Shown piece after piece: positions 22,718 through 32,523 of a DNA stretch of 64,000 bases. The position numbers were made by a program, and so were the translations under genes. Below the pieces are notes generated by a model. That model saw only the letters and a program-made list of their open reading frames with translations, did no database searches and had not been told where the DNA came from. The stretch spans positions 256,001-320,000 of the forward strand of contig CAVQKE010000005.1 in NCBI GenBank assembly GCA_963713045.1, given 5' to 3'. Numbering within the stretch: position 1 is the first letter of the stretch; each line of letters opens with the position of its first letter. Source of the DNA: an uncultured delta proteobacterium. Lineage in GTDB: Bacteria > Myxococcota > Myxococcia > Myxococcales > Myxococcaceae.

Positions 22718-23965
22718 TCAGGCCCTCGAGAAGATGAGCACCGTGTTGGTCCCCCCAAAGCCCAGCGAGTTGCTCATCACCGCCTTGATGGTGGCCTCCC
22801 GCGCGTGGTTGGGGACGTAGTCGAGGTCGCAGTCCGGGTCGGACGACTCCTGGTTGATGGTTGGGGGCAACAGGCCGCGGCGGAGGGCCAGAATGCTCAC
22901 CGCGGCCTCGACGCTGCCCGCGGCACCGAGGAGGTGCCCAGTCATCGACTTGGTGGAGCTAATCGCGAGCCTCCGGGCTTGCGCTCCGAAGGCCTGCTTG
23001 ATGGCGCGCGTTTCGTGCACGTCGTTCAGCGGCGTCGAGGTCCCGTGTGCGTTGAGGTAGCCGATGTCCTCGGCGTTCAATTGCGCGTCCTCCAGGGCCA
23101 ATCGCATGCAAGACGCGGCGCGCGCCCCGTCCGTGGTCGGCTGCGTCAGGTGGTAGGCGTCGGCATTGGCCGCGAACCCCGTCAGCTCCGCCAGAATCTC
23201 CGCACCCCGGCGCCGCGCGCACTCCTCCTCTTCGAGGATGAGCACCCCTGCCCCTTCGCCCAGGACGAAGCCATCCCGGCCGAGGTCAAAGGGACGGCTG
23301 GCGCGCTGAGGGTCGTCGTTCCGGGCCGAGAGCGCGCGCATTGCTTCAAAACCCCCAATGGCCAGCGACGTCACCGCCGCCTCCGCGGAGCCGGCGATGA
23401 CGGCATCGGTTCTGCCGCTTCGAATGGACCACAGCGCCTCGCCGATGGCATGCGCTCCGGTCGAGCACGCTGCCACCGGCGCCCAGTTCGGTCCCGCGGC
23501 TCCAGTGCGGATGCTCACCAGCCCGGCGGCCGTATTGGTCAGGATTTGCAGGACAAAAAACGGCGAGAGCCGGTCGAAGCCCGTCGTCAAGGCCTTTTCG
23601 TGGGCTTCTTGGGCCGAGGCCAAACCTCCGATGCCCGAGCCGAGGATGACCCCCACCCGCTCCGGGGCATAGCCGCTCGAGCCTCCAATCCGAAGGCCGC
23701 TCGCCTGCACCGCCATCTCGCTCGCCGCCAGCGCATACTGGACGAAGAGGTCGACACGTCGGACCTCCTTTCGCGGCATCCATTGCTCGGCGTCGAAGTC
23801 CTTCACCTCGGCGGCAATGCGCGTCTTGAGTGTTCCCGGGTCGAACCGGGTGATGGGACCCACTCCAGACTGTCCGGCCACCAGCGCCTTCCAGGTGGTC
23901 TCCACACCGGTGCCTAGCGGCGTGACCAGTCCCAGCCCGGTGACGACGATTTTGCGTCCAGCCAT
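22718..23965 (-). CDS. fabF: Beta-ketoacyl-ACP synthase II
   Basis: VVTGLG, AACSTG (catalytic Cys), NAHGTST, KSMTGHLLGAAG, SNSLGFGGTN. Confidence 0.95.
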   Translation of the reverse strand: MAGRKIVVTGLGLVTPLGTGVETTWKALVAGQSGVGPITRFDPGTLKTRIAAEVKDFDAEQWMPRKEVRRVDLFVQYALAASEMAVQASGLRIGGSSGYAPERVGVILGSGIGGLASAQEAHEKALTTGFDRLSPFFVLQILTNTAAGLVSIRTGAAGPNWAPVAACSTGAHAIGEALWSIRSGRTDAVIAGSAEAAVTSLAIGGFEAMRALSARNDDPQRASRPFDLGRDGFVLGEGAGVLILEEEECARRRGAEILAELTGFAANADAYHLTQPTTDGARAASCMRLALEDAQLNAEDIGYLNAHGTSTPLNDVHETRAIKQAFGAQARRLAISSTKSMTGHLLGAAGSVEAAVSILALRRGLLPPTINQESSDPDCDLDYVPNHAREATIKAVMSNSLGFGGTNTVLIFSRA

Positions 23966-24004
23966 GACAGCAGACAGGCGGCCAGGAGGAGGGCGGCTGG
24001 CCAG

Positions 24005-24508
24005 CTATTCTCCGAAGGTCCCTTCGGGTCGCTCCTCAACCTCGGGCCGCAGGTGGGGGTGGCGCTCCAGGAGACGAACACACGTATTCCACCTGAGGAG
24101 CGCCTCATCGTCTCCAGGCGGCCGCTCGGCCTCCGCCCGCTCGTACCAACTCATCGCCTCATGCAGCGAGTGGTATGCGATTCCGCTCGAGCCGGGACTT
24201 CCGAGGTCAAGCTGTGCCTTTCCTCGTCGTTCGCAGATGATGCCAGCGTAGTAGGCACGCTTATATTCGTCGCGGATGCGTGGAAGGAGCCTTCGGGCAC
24301 GGTCGACCTCGTCGCCGCTGTGTCCGGAGAATTGGTCGGTAATGGCCAAAAGCAACGTAATCAGCGCTGCTTCGTTGTCCGGGTCGACCTCCAGTGCATC
24401 CAGACAGATACTCTCCGCCGCCCACGCCTGATTGAGCAAGCGGTAGCGCTCGGCCTTTTGGAGCGCGGCTGGTACGGCATCCTTGGAGATGGGCTTGAAT
24501 CGCAGCAT
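24005..24508 (-). CDS. Conserved hypothetical helical (TPR-like) protein, last gene of the Sdh1-type operon
   Basis: SD GAGG before ATG 24508. KAERYRLLN..AESICLD, YYAGIICERR, ALLRWNTC. Confidence 0.75.
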   Translation of the reverse strand: MLRFKPISKDAVPAALQKAERYRLLNQAWAAESICLDALEVDPDNEAALITLLLAITDQFSGHSGDEVDRARRLLPRIRDEYKRAYYAGIICERRGKAQLDLGSPGSSGIAYHSLHEAMSWYERAEAERPPGDDEALLRWNTCVRLLERHPHLRPEVEERPEGTFGE

Positions 24509-24515
24509 ACGGACC

Positions 24516-25257
24516 TCACTTCCGGAAATACGACAGCAGCCGGCGCAGTGGATCATACGCTGCGTCCACCACGCGTTCCTTCAGTGGAATAATGGCGTTG
24601 TCCGTGATGTGGATGCTCTTCTGGACAGACCTTTGTGCAGCACTTGGTGATGTTGCAGAACCCGATGCCCTCGCTCTTCTGCAGGTCGGCCACCCGGTTC
24701 TCGACATCGAGCGGGTGCATCTCCAGCGCGGCCGTGTACAGCAGCAGGCGCGGCCCCACGAATTGTGCCTGCTTAGCGTGGTCGCGCAACACGTGACAGA
24801 CGTCTTGGCACAAAAAGCACTCAATGCACTTCCGGAACTCCTGCACCCGGTCCACGTCGGACTGTGCCATCCGCCACGTCCCGTCTGGGGCATCCGGTGG
24901 ACGGGGCTTGAAGGGCTTTATCTGCTTCTTCGCGGCGAAGTTCCAGGAGACGTCGGTGACGAGGTCCTTAATCAGTGGGAAGGAGTGCATCGGCTCGACC
25001 GTCACCGGTTCCTCCAGTGGGAGGTCGTTGAGACGTGTCATACACATCAGCCGCGGCATGCCATTGACTTCCGCTGAGCAGGAACCGCATTTGCCGGCCT
25101 TGCAGTTCCAACGCACGGCGAGGTCATTGGCCGAGTCGGCTTGAATCTGCTGCACCGCGTCCAGCACCACCATGCCCTCGGACACCTCGGTGGTGTAGTC
25201 CTCCAGCTTTCCGCCCTGCGCGCCGCCGCGCCAGATTCGAAAGGTGGCTGTGGCCAT
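24516..25257 (-). CDS. sdhB: Succinate dehydrogenase/fumarate reductase Fe-S subunit (Sdh1 type), one frameshift near 24615
   Basis: CKAGKCGSC...C, CIECFLCQDVC, CNITKCCTKVCP. The C-terminus IHITDNAIIPLKERVVD...FRK lies in another frame ending at 24516. Confidence 0.88.
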
Positions 25258-25285
25258 GAGGTTGTCCTCTGCTCCCGGGGGCTAG

Positions 25286-27114
25286 CTACTTCATCTCGTC
25301 GATAATCTGCTTCAGCTCGGCCGGCATTTCTGGGCCAGGTTGACGGGCCACCTGCATCGTGCCGTCGCTTCCTTTGTGCACCACAATATTCACGGTGGCG
25401 AAGGCCGGGTCCTTGTCTGGAAAATCCTCGCGGAAGTGGCCGCCCCGGCTCTCCTTGCGCTCGATGGCCGCATGAGTGATGGCCTGGGAGACGGTGAGCA
25501 GGTTGCTTAGGTCGAGTGCGGTATGCCAGCCAGGGTTGTACTCGCGGTTGCTGGAAACGCCCACTCGGCGGGCGCGCTCCCATAGCCCATCGAGGCCTTG
25601 AAGTGCCTGCTTCATTTCCGTCTGCGTGCGAACGATTCCCACCCACTTCTGCATCACGTCTGGAGGTCATGCTGCATCTGGTAGGGACCTTCGCCGGCGG
25701 CGTTGGGACGTCCGAACGGTTCGAGCGAGCGACTGGCGGCCCGATCCTCGACTGCTGAGGCGTCAATCTGCCCCCGCCCATTCTGGCTTGCGCAAACTTG
25801 GCTGCATACTCTCCGGCGCGCTTGCCGAAGACCAGCAGGTCCGAAAGCGAATTTCCGCCCAGCCGGTTGGCGCCATGGAGTCCTGCGGCGCACTCGCCGG
25901 CAGCGAACAGGCCGGGAACGGTGGACATCTGGCTGTCGCCGTCCACCTTGATGCCGCCCATCATGTAGTGGGTGGTGGGTCCGACTTCCATCGGCGTGTT
26001 GGTGATGTCGATGTCCGCCAGCTGTATGAACTGATGGTACATGCTGGGGAGCTTCTTGTTTGATGTGCTCCTCAGCGTTCGGAAGCTTTTCTTTGATCCA
26101 CGAGATGTCGAGGAACACGCCCCCATGCGGGCTGCCGCGTCCTTCCTGATCTCGCGCACGATGCAGCGGGCGACGTGGTCGCTGGTGAGCAACTCGGGCG
26201 GGCGGCGCGCGTTCTTGTCCCCTTGCGTGTAGCGCCAGCCTTCTTCCTCGTTGTCTGCGGTCTGCGTGCGGTAGTTCGCCGGGATGTCTCGAACATGAAG
26301 CGGCTGCCTTCCTTGTTGCGCAGGACTCCGCCTTCGCCGCGCACGCCTTCCGTGACCAGGATCCCTGGACGCTCGGCGGCCAGACCATGCCCGTTGGGAT
26401 GGAACTGGACGAACTCCATGTCCATCAGGTCGGCGCCAGCGTCGTAGGCGAGCGCCTGGCCGTCGCCGGTGTATTCCCAGCTATTGCTGGTGATCTTGTA
26501 GGCGCGGCCGATGCCGCCCGGTGCGCGAGCACCACGGCCCGGGCGCGAAAGAGATGGAAGCGTCCGCGCTCGCGATCGTAGGCCGAACGCGCCCGCACCC
26601 GCGGTCGCCGTACTTCGAGCAGAGCTGACGATGGTGCATTCCATGAGCACGTCAATCGCCCTGCTGAATGCCGTGGTCCTGCAGGGTACGAATCATCTCC
26701 AGCCCGGTGCGGTCGCCGACGTGCGCCAGGCGCGGGTAGCGTGCCCGCCGAAGTTGCGCTGCAGAATGCGGCCGTCGCGGAGTGCGATCGAAAACCGCGC
26801 CCCAGGCCTCCAGTTCACGGACCCGTTCTGGCGCCTCCCTGGCGTGCAGCTCCGCCATCCGCCAGTTGTTGACGTACTGGCCGCCGCGCATCGTGTCGGC
26901 GAAATGGACCTTCCAGCTGTCGCGGTCGTCGACGTTGGCCAGCGCCGCGGCGACGCCGCCCTCGGCCATCACGGTGTGGGCTTTGCCCAACAGCGACTTG
27001 CAGACCAGGCCCGACCTTGGCGCCGCCGGCCGACGCTTCGATGGCGGCCCGCAACCCGGCGCCGCCCGCGCCCACCACCAGCACATCATGCTCGTGGGTC
27101 TCGTACTCGGCCAT
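25286..27114 (-). pseudogene. sdhA: Succinate dehydrogenase/fumarate reductase flavoprotein (Sdh1 type), split by many frameshifts (sequencing error or decay)
   Basis: Segments spread over all three minus frames: VVGAGGAG, GKAHTVMAEGG, EFVQFHP, LVTEGVRGEGG, HYMMGG, GLHGANRLGGNSL, ESRGGHFREDFP. Confidence 0.88.
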
Positions 27115-27924
27115 CAGAAGAACCTCCAGTCGTGCCAGATGCCCATCGAACAGAGCCGGATGTAGACGTCGGAGAAGGCCACCGAAAACAAGCTGGGCCA
27201 CGCCCAGCGCATGTGGCGGCTGTTCAGGCAGCTGACGCAGGCGTAGGCCTCTGTTGCGTATCGGGACGCTGCGAGAGCGGTTGAACTGCCCGCCGACCAG
27301 ATGCCGCAGCGAATGGCAGCCCAGCGTGTACCCGCCAGCAGCACCACATTCACGGCCAACAGCAGACGTCCCGACGCCGACCCCGAAGAGGACTTGGCCG
27401 GTGGCGGGTCTGCGAACCAAAGCGCCTTCCACACGTCGTGCACGAGAATGAGGATGAAAAGGCCAACGCCAGGTAGAGGAAGTAGCGATGGACGTTTTGG
27501 AGGATCAGCGGAAAGCCGCACTCGCCGACGGTAGTGGCTGACGCGGCTCACCCACGGCGCAGGCCGGCGGGTCGGCCCAGAAGGCTTTGTAATAGGCGCC
27601 GCGGTAGTAGTAGCAGGTGAAGCGAAACCCGGCCGGGAACGGCGAGAATGAGAGCGCCGGCGAGAAAGGGCAGCCAGCCAGGCCAGGCGGCTGGCTTCGG
27701 GCCGAACCAGGCGTGGGTTGGGATCGCCGAACAGCTCTGGCGAGTAGAACGGCGACAGGTACGGCCCGAAGGGTAGTGGTTGCATTCTGAAACGCCGCCC
27801 AGGTGGCGTAGACGATAAAGACAGTCAGCAGCACCAACACCACCGACGGCCACGCCCACCATGCGTCCCGGCGCACCGTCTGTGCGAAGCGCGGCGGAGT
27901 GGGGCGAAATGTTGCTTGGGTCAT
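27114..27924 (-). pseudogene. Sdh1-type (Rv0249c-like) membrane anchor, frameshifted
   Basis: RRDAWW, YLSPFYSP, GFRFTCYYYRGAYYKAFWADPPACAVGEP, YTLGCHSLRHL, DVYIRLCSMG in different frames. TGA overlaps the sdhA ATG. Confidence 0.82.
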
Positions 27925-28341
27925 GCAACGCTCCCTTTCGGGTGGCGACATCCGAGGGGGCGGACCATAAGCTCGCTCGGCAACACGGGGCCAGGACCCA
28001 AAAACCCTGGCGCGCCCATCCGATGGGTCCAGCGCGCCGCGTCGTCGCCGCGGCACAGGACAGCTGCTGGCCTGGTGAAGCGCTGCTTTCGCCTCGCCGC
28101 GGGGTCCCGACGCCGTCGTCAACCAACGACGAAAGTCTCCTCGCCAACGGGAAGTTGAACCGGAGGCGTAGCCGGATTGACGCCGGGAGAGGTACGCCGG
28201 TGCAAGGGTACTGGCGCGCGTCCATCGCATTCCGAGGCGACTGCAAGTCGAGGGGCTTCCATCGACACTGGGCATCGGCGCCGCCGGGCGTGTGGACGAA
28301 GAGCTGCGCCTGAGGATATTCCTGGGCTCGAGGAGGGAGTG

Positions 28342-29509
28342 ATGACCCCACCAGACCACCAACAAGCAGTCGCCCGGACACGTGAGATTGCCGACGCGAC
28401 GATTTCCCCCGCAGCGCACGACCATGACAGGGCTGGGAGCTTCCCAACCGACGCCGTAGCCGCACTCGGACAGGCCGGGCTGCTGGCGCTCAACGTCCCG
28501 ACAACTTTCGGTGGCTCAGGCCTCGGCCCACGTGCCTTCGCGGAGGTCATGACCATCCTCGCCGAAGCGGACCCGTCGGTGGCGATGGTCTACATGATGC
28601 ACGTTTGCGCAAGCGAGGTGATTATCGCTGGCGCCAAGACGACCGGCAGCCGGGCAGCCGATGCGGCGCTCAGGGACATGTCCCGGGGCAAACATCTCAC
28701 CACCCTCGCCTTCAGCGAGGCCGGATTGCGCAGCCACTTCTGGGCGCCCATCTCCAAGGCTTCCCGCTCCGACGGCGGCGTTCGGCTGAACGCGAAGAAG
28801 TCCTGGGTAACCAGCGCCGGGGTCGCAGACAGCTACGTCATCACCACACTCTCACCCGAGGCGAAGGGCAGCACCGACTCGACGCTGTACCTGGTTCCGG
28901 GGGTCTGCGGCCGGGATGCGCGTCGCGGCGCCCTGGGACGGCCTGGGCCTGCGGGCGACCGCATCGTCCCCAATGACGCTTGAGGCGGTGGAGGTCGGCG
29001 ACGACCGCCGCCTCACCGAGGAGGGCGGCGGCTTCGCGGCCAAGCTGAACGTCGTGCTGCCCTGGTTCAACCTGGCCAGTGCCACCGTCTCCCTCGGCAT
29101 CTGCCGCGCCGTGGTGGCGGCAACTGTGGCTCATCTGAAGACCAGCAAGTTCGAGCATCTGGGCAATACCTCGCTCGGCGAAGCGCTACCGACGCTGCGA
29201 CAGAGGCTCGCCCAGATGCAGATTGACACCGATGGCCTCGCGCACCGAGTCGACGACTGCGTCGGCGCGCTGGAGACCCCCGGCCCGCTCACGATGCTCC
29301 GCGTCCTCGAGGTCAAGGCCGCTGCCGGGGAGACCGCCATCCGGGTCACCTCCAGCGCGATGCAGGCCTGCGGCGGCGCCGCCTTCTCCAAGCACACGTC
29401 CATCGAACGCTACTTTCGTGATGCGCACGCTGGCTCGGTGATGGCGCCCACCGTGGACGTCCTCCGCGAGTTCATCGGAAAGTCGCTCCTCGGCATCCCG
29501 CTGTTCTGA
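28342..29509 (+). CDS. Acyl-CoA dehydrogenase-fold flavoprotein (Rv1679/FadE16-like), single +1 frameshift in G5 run at 28899-28903
   Basis: SD GGAGGGAG. FGGSG, TTLAFSE..RSHFWAP, KKSWVTSAG, WDGLGLRATASSP, IERYFRDA. Removing one G joins the two ORFs. Confidence 0.87.
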
Positions 29510-29525
29510 GCACTGAGCACTCTCC

Positions 29526-30347
29526 ATGCTCGAGACCATCAACCTGGGCGCCGTGGTTTACGACCCGAAGGTCATCGGGATTTGGGAGGGCATGCGGAGG
29601 TACTTCCGCGACGAGGCGAAGGTCCCGGTCGAGGTCGTCCTGTACCTGGGCTACCCGGCTCAGGTGGCTGCGCTTCTTGCCGGACGCATCGACATCGCCT
29701 GGAACACCAACCTCGCTTATTTGCAGTCGGACCACTTCAGTCAGGGCAAGTGCAGGCCGCTCGCGATGCGAGACACCGACCTCGAGTGGTGGACGGAGAT
29801 TGTGGTTCGCAAAGGGGGTGGCGTCCGCCAGCTGTCGGACCTCCGCGGAAAGCGTGTCGCCCTCGGAAGCCGTGACAGCGGCCACGCGGCGATTCTTCCA
29901 GTGCACTTCCTCGCTCAGGCAGGCCTGGTCGAGGACCGGGACTACCAGTCGCTCCGCTTCGACAGCGACCTCGGGAAGCATGGAGACACCGGGACCAGCG
30001 AGGTCGACGTGCTCCGTGCCGTCCTCAACGGCGAAGCCGATGCGGGCGCGGTGGGTAGCCCCTTCTGGGCGGGCGTTCTCTCGGGCCAGCTCGTCCCGGC
30101 AGGAGCCGTGGAGTCCATCTGGTCGTCTCCGCGCTACCACCATTGCATGTTCACCGCGCGGGTCGGCCTTCCCACCGAGGATGCCACCCGCTTCACCGAC
30201 GCGCTCTTCAGAATGAACGGCGACCCGCGCCTCCGACCCATCCTCGACGCCGAAGGCCTCAAAGAGTGGGTGTCCCCCCGCACTGAGGGCTACGGCTCGC
30301 TTCGCGAGGCAGCGCTCCAGCAGGGCTTCCTCGCGCGGTCGGGCTGA
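29526..30347 (+). CDS. PhnD/SsuA-type substrate-binding-fold protein without signal peptide (Rv1680-like)
   Basis: LGAVVYDPKV, IDIAWNTNLAY, LAMRDTD, LGSRDSGHAAILP, DLGKHGDTGTSE, HCMF. No N-terminal hydrophobic segment. Confidence 0.82.
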   Translation: MLETINLGAVVYDPKVIGIWEGMRRYFRDEAKVPVEVVLYLGYPAQVAALLAGRIDIAWNTNLAYLQSDHFSQGKCRPLAMRDTDLEWWTEIVVRKGGGVRQLSDLRGKRVALGSRDSGHAAILPVHFLAQAGLVEDRDYQSLRFDSDLGKHGDTGTSEVDVLRAVLNGEADAGAVGSPFWAGVLSGQLVPAGAVESIWSSPRYHHCMFTARVGLPTEDATRFTDALFRMNGDPRLRPILDAEGLKEWVSPRTEGYGSLREAALQQGFLARSG

Positions 30348-31379
30348 ATGGGCTCGCTGCGCCATAAGGCGGAGCTTCGAGCGGACGCGAAGGACTTCTC
30401 GAACGGCTTGCTGAACGACCTCCTCGCGGCGTTCCAGGGTTTGGCCGACGGCGACCTCCTCTCGCTGCTCGGTCCTGCGCGTCTCGGGCCCGACCTTGAC
30501 CTCTGGGCTCGCTTCACCGGGAACGCAATCGTCGAGGTGACCAGCGAGGGTGAGACCAGCCGGTTCGTCGTCCGCAAGGGGCCGCTGCTTTCGTATGAGG
30601 AGGCGCCAGTCGTTGGGGAGCGGCTGTGGCTCTACACCAACTTCGATTGCAATCTCGCCTGTGACTATTGCTGCGTGCGCTCCTCACCGCGGGCGGATCC
30701 CCAGGCGCTCCCGCTTGAGGACATCCAGCGCGCTGCCTCCGAGGCGCCCGAGGCCGGCGTCCGTGAACTCTTCGTCACCGGAGGCGAGCCGTTCCTGCGC
30801 TCGGACATCGCCGAGATATTGCTGGCCTGTGGACGGGCTCTTCCGACGACCGTGCTCACCAACGGACTTCTCTTCGCCGGCAAGCGCCTGCGCGCCCTTC
30901 AAGAACTCCCCCGCGACCGTGTGGTCCTGCAGATTAGTCTCGACAGTCCCACCGCCGCGCTCCACGACCGGCATCGAGGAGCCGGGAGCTGGGAGAAGGC
31001 CCGGGCCGGCATCGCCAGCGCCCGGGAGGAAGGCTTCCGCGTCCGGCTGGCCTCGACCGTGACCGACGCGCAGGCGGAGCAGGACTTCCAGGAGTTCGTC
31101 GAGCGGGAGGGTATTCCGAAGCAGGACTGCGTCGTGCGCCGAGTCGCCCTCCGCGGGTTCGCCGAGGAGGGCGTGGCCCTGTCGCGGTCGGACCTGGTTC
31201 CAGAGGTGACCTTCACCCGGGCGGGCGTCTACTGGCATCCCGTCGGGGCGACAGACCAGGACTTCTTCGTCACCGGTCGGTTTTTTCCTCTCGTCGAGGC
31301 AATCGAGGCAGTCAGGCGCGCCTTCGCCGAGGAGCGGCGCTTCGCCACCTCTGTGGCCAACGTGTTCCGCTGCGCCTAG
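30348..31379 (+). CDS. Radical SAM protein with N-terminal TusA/SirA-like domain (Rv1681-like)
   Basis: WLYTNFDCNLACDYCC (CxxxCxxC), TGGEP, LTNG, QISLD, HDRHRG. TusA-like N-terminus ending FVVRKG. C-terminus FRCA. Confidence 0.88.
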   Translation: MGSLRHKAELRADAKDFSNGLLNDLLAAFQGLADGDLLSLLGPARLGPDLDLWARFTGNAIVEVTSEGETSRFVVRKGPLLSYEEAPVVGERLWLYTNFDCNLACDYCCVRSSPRADPQALPLEDIQRAASEAPEAGVRELFVTGGEPFLRSDIAEILLACGRALPTTVLTNGLLFAGKRLRALQELPRDRVVLQISLDSPTAALHDRHRGAGSWEKARAGIASAREEGFRVRLASTVTDAQAEQDFQEFVEREGIPKQDCVVRRVALRGFAEEGVALSRSDLVPEVTFTRAGVYWHPVGATDQDFFVTGRFFPLVEAIEAVRRAFAEERRFATSVANVFRCA

Positions 31380-31400
31380 AGCCCCTCCCTGCTTCAACCG

Positions 31401-31457
31401 CTGCTCCACGATGACGGCTTCGAGCCGTTCGAGTCCGAACGCCGTCACCGGGAGCAG
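31401..31457. repeat. Long imperfect inverted repeat downstream of the radical SAM gene
   Basis: CTGCTCC..TGACGGC-TTCG pairs with CGAA-C-GCCGTCA..GGAGCAG. Confidence 0.6.
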
Positions 31458-31541
31458 TCTCATCGGACAGACGGAGCCACCCACGCTTGACGTGGCAGGC
31501 CGGCGCGCGTTGGATGCCGTCGGCCTTTACCAGCCCGCCGC

Positions 31542-31556
31542 TGGCACGGCGGCTGC
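31542..31556 (+). promoter_or_regulatory. Possible sigma54 -24/-12 promoter
   Basis: TGGCAC-GGCGG-CTGC (GG-N10-GC spacing) about 75 nt upstream of ATG 31633. Confidence 0.3.
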
Positions 31557-31632
31557 CGAGAGGCCGCCCGACCCATCGCATTCACCACCCGCATCTCGGA
31601 AACTCGAATGTCGAGTCGCCCAGGAGGGCCCC

Positions 31633-32370
31633 ATGATGAGAGCAGGCCGCGTTGCCGTGACGACTGCTGTATTCATCGGAATGCTTTGTCCAGCGACACC
31701 TGTGTCCGCGCAGCAGCTCCCGGCCATCGCCGAGCAGATTGCGAAGACCTATGGTCTCGACTCCTTTGGTCAAATCGAGGCCATCCGGTACACCTTCAAC
31801 ATCGATGTCGGTAAAGGAAAGTTCAAGGTCTCGCGTTCGTGGGTCTGGGAGCCGAAGGCGGACCGAATCTCATACGACGGAAAGGACAAGGCCGGTCTCC
31901 CCGTCAAGGTCACTTACTCGCGCTCTGAGTTCGCAACTCAGAGCGCGTTCGTGAAGGAGGAAGTCGATCCGGCGTTTTTCAACGACCAATACTGGCTATT
32001 ACTCCCGTTCCATCTCGTCTGGGATACCAGCGCCACAGTTCAGGATGCCGGCATGCAGAAAGTCCCGCTTGGGAAAGGATCCGCCCGGAAGGTGGTGCTG
32101 AAGTATCCCTCGAACGTGGGCTACACGCCGGGTGACACCTGGGAACTTTACGTCGGCACCGACGACCGAATTCGGGACCTCGTCTTTCGTCACGGCGGTA
32201 GCACAAAGCCAAGTCTCGTCATTGCGACCTGGACTGAATATAAGAAGGCGGGACCGCTGCTCTTTTCACTGGATCACCGCGGAACGGCCGATGGCGCGCC
32301 GATGCGCGTTTTCTTCTCGAACGTGGCCGTCAAACTGGTGGGGTCCAGTACCTGGATAGAGGCCAAGTAA
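31633..32370 (+). CDS. Secreted hypothetical protein (beta-rich, possibly LolA-like fold)
   Basis: SD CAGGAGG, signal peptide ending VSA-QQ, motifs FFNDQYWLLLPF and GYTPGDTW. Confidence 0.75.
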   Translation: MMRAGRVAVTTAVFIGMLCPATPVSAQQLPAIAEQIAKTYGLDSFGQIEAIRYTFNIDVGKGKFKVSRSWVWEPKADRISYDGKDKAGLPVKVTYSRSEFATQSAFVKEEVDPAFFNDQYWLLLPFHLVWDTSATVQDAGMQKVPLGKGSARKVVLKYPSNVGYTPGDTWELYVGTDDRIRDLVFRHGGSTKPSLVIATWTEYKKAGPLLFSLDHRGTADGAPMRVFFSNVAVKLVGSSTWIEAK

Positions 32371-32523
32371 AGCTGCTGGAGACATCTCGCCGCCGGAATT
32401 CGTCAGGGTGCTCCATAGGCCTGAACGTACTGCCCTCTACCATGCCCGGCGCAGACCGGCCGCCGATGCGCGTCGTGCCGGATACGCATCTGCCCAAGGC
32501 TGGCAGCGCCTGCACCGTCCTCG

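Noticed and set aside
27925..28341. Possible small ORF or selenoprotein upstream of the ACAD cassette
   Set aside because: No frame with a convincing start, family motif or UGA-plus-SECIS arrangement was seen.
31420..31450. GTTCGAGTCC resembling a tRNA T-loop
   Set aside because: The flanks do not form a T-stem or cloverleaf and there is no CCA end. It is part of a hairpin.
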